Source: Ginsengibacter sp. (GTDB taxonomy: Bacteria > Bacteroidota > Bacteroidia > Chitinophagales > Chitinophagaceae). Taken from it: a stretch of 42,532 nt of DNA. The notes beneath the pieces are model-generated. The model ran no database searches, was not told where the DNA came from, and saw only the letters and a program-made list of their open reading frames with translations. Position numbers and translations under genes: made by a program. Position 1 is the first letter of the stretch; the number at the start of each line of letters is the position of its first letter. The stretch lies in NCBI GenBank assembly GCA_040006135.1, contig JBDTXP010000001.1:1-42532 (forward strand). Direction: 5' to 3'. This document shows positions 27,031 through 36,500 of the stretch, in pieces.

Positions 27031-29667
27031 TTATTTATTTAGCGCTTCTGTCTCTTTTTCCTCTTCTTCTTTTAGGTTTTTAATGAAGTCAAGCGCATCT
27101 GGAACTACATCACACATGATGGTAATAATGCTTCCCGTCTTTGCATGGGTATAAGCAAAAGTAATCGCTTCAGACTCTTTATGAATAATATGCAGCGGCA
27201 AATCTGCTCCCCCTGCCTCTTTTATGCCTTCTACAAGTAGATCGACAATTTCATCAGGAGTGCGTCCACGCATATTTTTATCCTGCCTTATAATTATTTC
27301 ATCAAAATTTCGGGCACTAATCCTTCCAATTTCTCTTATATCATCATCACGCCTATCCCCTGTACCACTTATGATACCTACTTTATAATTGCTATCTAAT
27401 TTATTTACAAAATCGCATAACAAGTTGAGTCCTGCAGGATTGTGTGCAAAATCAACGAGGAATTTGAAATTCTTAAATTCAAATAAATTTAAACGCCCCG
27501 GAGTTTGAACAGGTGATGGAATAAATGTTTGCAATCCTAGTTTAATACTATCCAACCCCATCTGGCACAGGTATGTAGCCAGTATTGAAGGGAGTGTATT
27601 CATTATATTATGCATTGCTTTTCCACCAAAAGTGATAGGAATGTCAACTACTTTTTCTACCCGTATTTTCCACGTGCCTTTCATTATCGTTACATACTCA
27701 TTTTCGTAAACAGCCGCAATTCCACCTTTATTACAATGTTGTTTTATACGTTTACTATTTTCATCCATGCTAAATAAGGCTACTTTACAATCCAGTTCTT
27801 TTCGCATTCCATATACCAAATCATCATCAGCATTTAGAATCGCATAGCCGTTGCGAACAACTGTTTCTGGCAACACGCCTTTTACTTTTGCCATTTGTTC
27901 GACAGATTCTATCCCGCCAAGACCGATGTGGTCGGCGCTAATGTTGGTTACGATTGCTATATCACATTTTTGAAATGCCAGTCCATTCTTTAATATACCT
28001 CCGCGCGCACATTCTAAAACAGCAAAATCAATTGTGGGATCTTTAAGCACAAACTCTGCGCTTCTCGGACCGGTACAATCTCCACGCATCATTATTTGAT
28101 TTTGTATGTAAACACCATCTGAAGTAGTGAAACCAACTTTATGCCCTGCAGATCTACAGATATGTGCCGTAAGTCTACTGGTAGTCGTTTTTCCATTTGT
28201 ACCAGTTATCGCAATAATGGGAACCCTTCCAGTTGCCCCTTTCGGGAAGAGCATATCTATCACCGGTTCTGCCACATTTCTCGGTATGCCTATTGAAGGC
28301 TCAACATGCATGCGAAATCCGGGTGCAGCATTTACTTCCAGGACAGCCCCACCATTTTCAAACAGAGATGTTTTTAGATCGGAAGCCATTACATCTATTC
28401 CACAAATATCAAGGCCAATAATTTTTGCAATTCGCTCCGCGAGAAATGTATTTACAGGATGAACCTGGTCGGTTACATCTGTAGAAGTGCCACCGGTAGA
28501 AAGATTAGCGGTGGGCTTTAAAAGAAATAATGTGTTTTTAGGAAGCACTGTGTCCAGTGTAAATCCCGAATCATCCAACATTTTTTGAGTGTAAGAGTCA
28601 ATCTTTATCTGGGTCAAAACTTTCTCATGAGCATAACCGCGGCGAGGATCTTTATTTTCTGCATCAATAAGCCAATTAATTGAATGTTCACCATCTCCTT
28701 TTACAGCTGCTGGTGTGCGCAATGCTGCACATACAAATTTATAATTGATCACTAGTATTCTGAAATCAAAACCGGTTATAAATCGTTCGCATATAACATA
28801 ACGGCCAAATTCCCTCGCCGCCGCTAACGCGGTCTCAGCTTGCTTTTGGTTGATGATGTTCGTGGTTGCACCTTTTCCGTGATTACCATTAAGCGGCTTA
28901 AATACCATTGGGAAACCGACAGATGATATTGCACTTTCTACGGTATCTTCCGGATAAATAATAATTCCTTTAGGAACAGGAATTTCTGCCGCTGATAATA
29001 AATTTTTTGTCTCTTCCTTGTCACCTGCAATATCAACAGCTATACAAGATGTGGTGCTTGCAATTGTTGCTCTTATCCTTTTTTGATGTATACCATATCC
29101 CAATTGCACAAGGCTTTGCTTATTAAGTCGAATGTAGGGGATGCCTCGCTTGATAGCCTCTTCCACTATGCTACCTGTTGATGGCCCCAGCCTTGTGTTT
29201 TCGCGTATCACACGCATTTGTTGTATATCATCTTCCAGGTTGTAAGGTGTATTTATAATAATATGTTGTACCAGGTTATAAGCAGATTTTGCTGCAAATA
29301 CACCGGCTTCTTCTTCCATATAATCAAACACTACAAAATATTCTCCGGGCTTGCCCGTTCCACGCGTTCTTCCAAAGCCCATATCCATCCCGGCAAGTGT
29401 TTGTAATTCCAATGCAACGTGCTCTATTACATGTCCCATCCACGTTCCCTCATCCACTCGCTGTAAAAAGCCACCAGCAACACCCTCACTACACCGATGC
29501 TCAAAAAGTCCGGGAAGCATTGCATGTAATTTCTCTCTAAAATGCTCAATTTTATTGGTAGGCATTTCCTCCATTTCTTCAAGATCCAATCGCATTTGAA
29601 TGAGCTTCGGCCGCCGGACACTCCAATAATTTGGACCTCTTAAAATTTTAATATCTACAATCTTCAT
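27031..29667 (-). CDS. cphA: Cyanophycin synthetase (CphA1)
   Basis: LRGPNYWS, ATP-grasp (KPLNGNHGKG, EVNAAPG), Mur-ligase domain (GTNGKTTT, LECARGG, DFAHN). Confidence 0.97.
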   Translation of the reverse strand: MKIVDIKILRGPNYWSVRRPKLIQMRLDLEEMEEMPTNKIEHFREKLHAMLPGLFEHRCSEGVAGGFLQRVDEGTWMGHVIEHVALELQTLAGMDMGFGRTRGTGKPGEYFVVFDYMEEEAGVFAAKSAYNLVQHIIINTPYNLEDDIQQMRVIRENTRLGPSTGSIVEEAIKRGIPYIRLNKQSLVQLGYGIHQKRIRATIASTTSCIAVDIAGDKEETKNLLSAAEIPVPKGIIIYPEDTVESAISSVGFPMVFKPLNGNHGKGATTNIINQKQAETALAAAREFGRYVICERFITGFDFRILVINYKFVCAALRTPAAVKGDGEHSINWLIDAENKDPRRGYAHEKVLTQIKIDSYTQKMLDDSGFTLDTVLPKNTLFLLKPTANLSTGGTSTDVTDQVHPVNTFLAERIAKIIGLDICGIDVMASDLKTSLFENGGAVLEVNAAPGFRMHVEPSIGIPRNVAEPVIDMLFPKGATGRVPIIAITGTNGKTTTSRLTAHICRSAGHKVGFTTSDGVYIQNQIMMRGDCTGPRSAEFVLKDPTIDFAVLECARGGILKNGLAFQKCDIAIVTNISADHIGLGGIESVEQMAKVKGVLPETVVRNGYAILNADDDLVYGMRKELDCKVALFSMDENSKRIKQHCNKGGIAAVYENEYVTIMKGTWKIRVEKVVDIPITFGGKAMHNIMNTLPSILATYLCQMGLDSIKLGLQTFIPSPVQTPGRLNLFEFKNFKFLVDFAHNPAGLNLLCDFVNKLDSNYKVGIISGTGDRRDDDIREIGRISARNFDEIIIRQDKNMRGRTPDEIVDLLVEGIKEAGGADLPLHIIHKESEAITFAYTHAKTGSIITIMCDVVPDALDFIKNLKEEEEKETEALNK

Positions 29668-29882
29668 AAAAAAGAATTAGGAATTTTTTTTAACAAAATA
29701 GGTTAAATAAATTTTTATTAAAGTAAAATAAAATAATTCAACATTAGAAAATAAAGATCAGTGCAATAAAAAAAAATCGATTAATTGAAACAATACCTAT
29801 ATATATTACGTTACTTTTGTGAACAGATATTTTATTTCAACAGTATCGAACAATAATATACTGTTTAATCAAAATCATTTGA

Positions 29883-30800
29883 ATGGAAGTACCTCAAGGA
29901 AAACTATTTGCCATCGGAGGCGCCGAAGACAAAGGAGTGGATCTGGAAAAGGGCGAAATCGTCCGAAATAACCTCAACTTTTTCGAATTAGGAATTTTGC
30001 GTCGCATTGTAGAAGTGGCGGGTGGCAATGGTGTACGCATAGAAGTGGTAACGACTGCTAGTATGATACCCAATGAAGTTGGGGAAAATTATTTAAATGC
30101 ATTCGGAAAAGTAGGATGCACAGATGTGGGGCTGTTGCCGATCCGCACACGAGCTGATGCGATGAACGATGAATATATTGAACGAATAAAAGTATGCGAC
30201 GCCATAATGTTTAGCGGAGGTAACCAGTTAAGGTTATCTGCTACTTTCGGCGGCACTCAATTTCTTGAGATTGCTTTAAAGAGATTTCAGGAGGAGAAAA
30301 AATTTGTAATAGCAGGCACTTCTGCGGGAGCAATGGCGATGAGTAACACTATGATCTATGAAGGAAATGCTTCTACAGCACACCTTAAAAGTGAAGTAAA
30401 AATTACGACCGGCCTCGGCTTTATGGATGATGTAATTTTCGACAGTCATTTTGAAAAACGCGGTCGCTTTGGAAGATTAGCGCAGGCAATAGCAAGTAAT
30501 CCACAAGCAATAGGAATAGGGCTTGGGGAAGATACCGGGATGCTGATAAGTGAGGGAAATATAATGGAAGCTATTGGTAGCGGGCTTGTTATGATCATTG
30601 ATGGTCACGACATCCGGCATAGTAACATAGCGGATATCCCTGATGGAAATCCGATAAGTGTAGAAAATATCAAAGTTCATTTTTGTGAAAAAGGAAATGG
30701 ATACCTGGTAAATGAAAGGAAATTTATTCCTGATATAAAAACCTATTTGGAACAGAAAGAATCGCCAAGTCAAAAAAATTTAAAGGTGGCGACAGGGTAA
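29883..30800 (+). CDS. cphB: Cyanophycinase (peptidase S51)
   Basis: IGGAEDK, FSGGNQLRL, GTSAGA, DSHF..RGRFGRL, GLGEDTG; divergent from cphA; TACTTTTG at 29812. Confidence 0.95.
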   Translation: MEVPQGKLFAIGGAEDKGVDLEKGEIVRNNLNFFELGILRRIVEVAGGNGVRIEVVTTASMIPNEVGENYLNAFGKVGCTDVGLLPIRTRADAMNDEYIERIKVCDAIMFSGGNQLRLSATFGGTQFLEIALKRFQEEKKFVIAGTSAGAMAMSNTMIYEGNASTAHLKSEVKITTGLGFMDDVIFDSHFEKRGRFGRLAQAIASNPQAIGIGLGEDTGMLISEGNIMEAIGSGLVMIIDGHDIRHSNIADIPDGNPISVENIKVHFCEKGNGYLVNERKFIPDIKTYLEQKESPSQKNLKVATG

Positions 30801-30883
30801 AGATTGTATGAAGAAAAACAATCTAATCCTCAATTACTATTTTCACCTTACTCTCCTAAATTTACTTTTTATTTAGAACTAAA

Positions 30884-32167
30884 CTATTCCGCTTTTACAA
30901 GGAAGTAGTTCTTCTTTCCTTTTTGAATGAGCAGATATTTATCATTCAAAAAACTGTACGCATCCATCTTAGTAGTTATTTGTTCAACTTTCTCTTTGTT
31001 GATAGAGATGGCGCCAGATAAAAGCATTTTTTTTGCATCCCCCTTACTCGCAAAGATTCCGGAATTGGATAAAAAATTTAAAATGTCCGATTTTAATATG
31101 TCTTCCTTTTTTAAATTAATTGCAGGAACACCTTCCATGACCTGTAACAATTGAACTTCATTCAATTCGCGTAATACTTCAGCAGTATCATTAGTGAATA
31201 AGATTGAAGAAGCCCTTTCAGCAAATTCATAATCCTTTCTGGAATGTACAAAAACAGTTAATTCTTCAGCAAGTTTTTTTTGTAATAACCGAAGTGATTC
31301 ATTGTCCTTATGCTTATTAGTAAGATCTTGGATTTCGTCCTGATTCAAAAAGGTGAAGATTTTGAGAAACCTTTCTGCATCTGCGTCAGAGGTATTGAGC
31401 CAAAACTGATAAAATGTATATGGTGAAGTTTTTTCACCGCTTAACCAAATATTTCCTTTTTCACTTTTACCAAATTTATTACCGTCTGATTTTGTAAGTA
31501 AAGGCCAGGTAAATGCAAATGCATCCTCACCGGTTTTTCTGCGAATAAGCTCTGTGCCTGTAACTATATTGCCCCACTGATCACTGCCGCCTGCTTGTAA
31601 AAGACAATTTTTGTTTTGATGTAACCAGTAAAAATCATATCCCTGCACAAGTTGATAGGTAAACTCGGTAAAGCTCATTCCATTTTCTCCAGCCAATCTC
31701 TTCTTTACGCTGTCTTTTGCCATCATATAATTCACTGTAATATGCTTACCTATATCGCGTATAAAGTCAAGAAAGGGAATATTTTTAAACCAATCAAAAT
31801 TGTTGACGAGTTCAGCACTATTTGATTTGTCTTTGTCAAAATCAATAAATTTTCCTAATTGCCTTTCAATAGCTTTTGTATTGTGTTCCAATATTTCGGT
31901 ACTTAATAAATTACGCTCTTCACTTTTCCCCGATGGATCGCCCACCATGCCTGTCGCACCGCCTACAAGTGCTATAGGCTTATGACCATATTTTTGCAAA
32001 TGCACCAACACAATTATTGGTATAAGGCCCCCAATATGTAAACTATCGGCTGTAGGATCAAATCCTATGTAAGCTGTTGTAGGTGATTTAATAAGTTGCG
32101 CTTCAGTCCCGGGTATTATATCCTGGATAAGACCACGCCATTGTAATTCTTTTATCAGATTTTCCAT
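30884..32167 (-). CDS. tyrS: Tyrosine--tRNA ligase
   Basis: YIGFDPTADSLHIG, GGSDQWGN, KFGKS, C-terminal S4-like domain. Confidence 0.98.
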   Translation of the reverse strand: MENLIKELQWRGLIQDIIPGTEAQLIKSPTTAYIGFDPTADSLHIGGLIPIIVLVHLQKYGHKPIALVGGATGMVGDPSGKSEERNLLSTEILEHNTKAIERQLGKFIDFDKDKSNSAELVNNFDWFKNIPFLDFIRDIGKHITVNYMMAKDSVKKRLAGENGMSFTEFTYQLVQGYDFYWLHQNKNCLLQAGGSDQWGNIVTGTELIRRKTGEDAFAFTWPLLTKSDGNKFGKSEKGNIWLSGEKTSPYTFYQFWLNTSDADAERFLKIFTFLNQDEIQDLTNKHKDNESLRLLQKKLAEELTVFVHSRKDYEFAERASSILFTNDTAEVLRELNEVQLLQVMEGVPAINLKKEDILKSDILNFLSNSGIFASKGDAKKMLLSGAISINKEKVEQITTKMDAYSFLNDKYLLIQKGKKNYFLVKAE

Positions 32168-32187
32168 AAAGTGCCAAAAATAAACAG

Positions 32188-32250
32188 AAAAGGTTTTAGA
32201 AGTTCAAAATGTTCCAAAGGATGAAAGGTTTCAAAGGGTTAGGAAGGTTA
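32188..32250. repeat. Degenerate 9-bp tandem repeat, 7 units
   Basis: AAAAGGTTT TAGAAGTTC AAAATGTTC CAAAGGATG AAAGGTTTC AAAGGGTTA GGAAGGTTA. Confidence 0.65.
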
Positions 32251-32476
32251 ATATATTCTCTTAAAACCCTGCATTTTATGATCACGTATGTTTTTGATAT
32301 TAAGCAAGTTTCTTAAATTGGTTAAGGTATTATTAATACAAATATTCAATCCATTTTATATTATATTTTTGGTTATTTTTATATGCCCTAAGTACAAAAA
32401 AAGACAATATTAAAAGCTAACCACCGTTTTAATTGCTCCTTACACTTTGAATCTTAAAAATGAACGTTTCCTCTTT

Positions 32477-33580
32477 ATGAAATATCATCTCCTTATAAAA
32501 TTATTATTGATTCTCGTTTTACCAACTACAGGTATGGCCCAGTTTCGAAAATATTCCAATGAATTTTTAAATATTGGTGCCGGTGCACGTGGTCTTGGGA
32601 TGGGGGCTGCACAGGTAGCTTCAGTTAATGATGGTACTGCCGGCTATTGGAATCCTGCAGCCCTTACCGGTTTAGAAAATGGAGCACAGGTGAACCTAAT
32701 GCATGCAAGCTATTTTAGCAATATTGGTAAATACGATTATGCAAGTGTGGCTATTCCGGTAAATGATAATAGGCGAACACTGGGCCTATCAATATTACGC
32801 TTCGCTGTAGATGATATACCAAATACTTTATACCTCGTAGAGCCTGATGGCAGTATTAATTATGGGAACATAAGCACATTCTCTTCTGCAGATTATGCTT
32901 TCCTTTTTTCTTTCGCGCAAAAAATCAGGGATGAGGATGGTTTTAAAACAAGTTTCGGCGCAAACGCTAAAATAATTTATCGTAAAGTAGGTCACTTTGC
33001 AAATGCATGGGGTTTTGGAATAGATGCAGGATTTAAAATGCAGAAAAATAACTGGACATTAGGTATTGTAGCAAAGGATCTTACCACCACTTTTAATGCG
33101 TGGTCGTTTCATTTTACAGAGAAAGAAAAACAAGTTTTATACCTTACAAAAAATGACATTCCCGTAAAGTCTACAGAACTTACAGCACCACGACTTACTA
33201 TAGGCTCCAGTTACAATTTTGTTTTCAATGAGAATTTCAGTTTGCTTGCAGAAGCCGACCTTGATTTCACTTTTGATGGTAAAAGGAACACTCTACTTAG
33301 CGGGAAAACTATAAGTGCAGATCCGCACTTAGGATTGGAGGCGTCAATTAAGAATGTATTTTTTGTAAGAGCCGGGATTTATAATTTTCAACAGGCTTTG
33401 GCAGATAAGGATACCCTTAATCAAAAGAAGGTATGGATATATCAACCTAGCCTTGGGGCGGGCGTTAGAATAAATAGTGTAACAATTGATTATGCTTTTT
33501 CTAATCTTGCCAACCAGTCTAACCCATTATATACCCATATTTTTTCATTAAAATTGGATATCAATAAGCATCAAAATTAA
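32477..33580 (+). CDS. PorV/PorQ-family outer-membrane barrel (PorV2-like)
   Basis: Signal peptide; EFLNIGAGARGLGMG, YWNPAAL plug motif; beta-strand pattern; upstream of a C25 protein. Confidence 0.85.
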   Translation: MKYHLLIKLLLILVLPTTGMAQFRKYSNEFLNIGAGARGLGMGAAQVASVNDGTAGYWNPAALTGLENGAQVNLMHASYFSNIGKYDYASVAIPVNDNRRTLGLSILRFAVDDIPNTLYLVEPDGSINYGNISTFSSADYAFLFSFAQKIRDEDGFKTSFGANAKIIYRKVGHFANAWGFGIDAGFKMQKNNWTLGIVAKDLTTTFNAWSFHFTEKEKQVLYLTKNDIPVKSTELTAPRLTIGSSYNFVFNENFSLLAEADLDFTFDGKRNTLLSGKTISADPHLGLEASIKNVFFVRAGIYNFQQALADKDTLNQKKVWIYQPSLGAGVRINSVTIDYAFSNLANQSNPLYTHIFSLKLDINKHQN

Positions 33581-33597
33581 GTTCTTAAAAAAAGAAT

Positions 33598-36500
33598 ATG
33601 AAGAAATTTTTGTTACCTGTATTGGTTTTTTTTACTGCTGCCGGGTTCTCACAACCAGCCACTAATAGCTGGATCAATTATAGTAATACCTATTACAAAT
33701 TTTACGTAGCGAAGGATGGTATTTACCGTATTGGCCAAAGCACACTTAATACCGCAGGCCTCGGAGGTATACCCGCAGAACAATTTCAGTTATGGCATAA
33801 CGGTGAGGAACAAACGATATATACAAGTGTGGCTTCAGGTATTTTAGGATCCTCAGATTATATTGAATTCTGGGGAGTGATGAATGATGGTAAAATGGAT
33901 AAAAAATTATACCGCGATCCTGATTTCCAATTGTCAGATCACTACAGTCTTCAAACAGATACTGCAGCATTTTACCTTACAGTCAATACTGCTTCTGCCA
34001 ATCGCAGATATATAAATGCCTTGAATGATGTTTCTAACAATGTATTAGCTCCCGAGCCCTGGTTTATTAATACCCGTGGGGTTTATTTTAATACCAGGAT
34101 CAATCCAGGCTTTGCAATTCCCGCAGGAGGAGTGTATGTGTTTTCTTCATCTTATGACAAAGGAGAAGGCTGGACCAGCCATGATATTTCGCCCGGGCAT
34201 GATTATACTTTTCAAATGGATAGTTTATTTGTAAACACTTCAGGGCCGAGCGCAAGCGTAAAATTTGCCGTAGCAGGGACAGCGCTTAATGGCAGAAATG
34301 TACAGGTAAAGTTTAATAATACCACAATTGATGATGAGCCGATGCCTTATTTCAATTATCTAAAAAAACAAGTAGATAATATTCCGCTATCATTGATTAT
34401 AAATCCAGCCTGGGCAAGGTTTACTTTTGCTGATATATCTTCTGTAACTACAGACAGGTATGTCATTTCATTTTTAGAATTTACTTACCCAAGCCAATGG
34501 AATTTTAATAAAGAAAAATATTTTTATTTTCATTTGCCTGCCAGCAATACCGGAAACTTCTTGGTAATTAATAATTTTGATAACAATGGCGTAGCTCCCA
34601 CACTTTTGGATATTTCAAACAACAGAAGATATGTAGGAGATATAACCAGTACACCTGGTAAAATAAAATTTGCATTACCTCCTTCTTCAATTGTTGATCG
34701 CGAGTTCCGATTGGTAAGCCAGGCATCTAATGCGATATCAACAATTCCATCTTTACAAAAAAGAAATTTTACAAATTTTTCGATTACATCCAACCAGGGT
34801 AACTATTTAATAATTAGCAATAAGAGTTTGTACAATAGCACCACAGGAGCAAATAATGTCGATGCCTATCGTCAATATAGAAGTTCCTCGGCAGGTGGAG
34901 GATTTAATGCGAAGGTGATTGATATTGATGAGTTGGTAGACCAGTTTGCCTATGGAATAAAAAAACATCCTTCAGCAATAAAGGATTTTGTAAAATTTAG
35001 TAAAAGTAATTTTTCAATAGCACCATCTTACCTGTTTCTTATCGGTAAAGGAGTTACCTATGATGAATACGTTACTAATGGAAAAAGCCCATTTGCAGAT
35101 AAATTAAATTTGGTTCCTACGTTTGGTTACCCCGCTTCGGACGTGTTATTAGCTTCCCCTTATGGCAGCATCGTGCCTTCAATTCCTGTTGGCCGTCTTT
35201 CTGTAGTGACTGGAGATGAAGTGGGAAAGTACCTCAATAAAATAAAGGAATATGAGCTGGCCCAAACTTCCGCACAAACTATCGCCAATAAACTCTGGAT
35301 GAAGAATATAGTACAGATAGTGGGTGGAAAAGACAGTGATGAAAATAATCTCTTCCGCCAATATATGTTTGGCTATAAAAATATTTTAGAAGATACTTTA
35401 TATGGCGGCCATGTAGAGTTATTTTCAAAGACATCTAACTCTGCTGTTCAATTGATATCAGGTCAGAGAATAGAGCAGTTATTTTCGGAAGGAATCAGTC
35501 TGCTATCGTACTTCGGACACTCTTCAGCTAATACTTTAGAATTTAACTTAAGTGATCCGTCAGCATATAATAATCCAGGGAAATACCCTTTTTTCCTGGT
35601 AAGTGGTTGCACTGCAGGTAATAACTATATTTTTGATACTCTTCGGCTGTTACAAAATATTTTATCAATTTCCGAAAATTTTGTGTTGGCCAACCAAAGA
35701 GGAAGCATAGCTTTTCTGGCAAGTACTCATTATGGTATTCCGCCATTTCTCGATGAGTACAATACTCACTTATATAATAATTTAAGTGGTAAAAATTATG
35801 GCGCACCCATTGGAGATGATATTAGAAATACTATCAAAGAATTGAATGGTGATGTGGCTGATGTATATTATTATACACGTACAGACCTCGAGGAAATGGC
35901 TTTACATGGTGACCCTGCAATAAAAATAAATCCTCATCCTAAACCAGATTATGTAATAGAAGAGCCATTAATAAAAATAAATCCTGCATTCATTTCTATT
36001 TCACAGGAAAAATTCACGCTTGATGCAAAAACTTATAATATCGGTAAAGCCATAAGCGATTCAATATCGTTTGAAGTGAAAAGAGTTTATCCAAATGGCA
36101 CAAGTGAAATATTATTACATAAAAGAATCAAAGCGCCATATTATGCGGATTCCATTCATCTTGAAATACCTATAATATCCACCCGCGATAAAGGGCTAAA
36201 TAAAATTGTGGTTACTATAGATGCTGATAATGAAGTGAGTGAGGAATCAGAATCGAATAACTCCTTTACCAAGGAAGTTTACATTTATGAGGACGAAGCA
36301 AGACCCTCATATCCCGCTGATTTTTCTATCATCAACGTAGCCAATCAAAAATTATATGCATCTACTGCGAATGCCTTAAGTACTGCCAAAGATTATGTAC
36401 TCGAAATAGACACTACATTATTATTTAATTCCCCGATAAAAGTTAATCGCTCATTAAATTCAACAGGTGGAATCCTGGAATTTGATCCGGGAATAACTTA

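Noticed and set aside
32188-32250. CRISPR-like array
   Set aside because: Units are 9 bp, degenerate and contiguous with no spacers; no cas genes.
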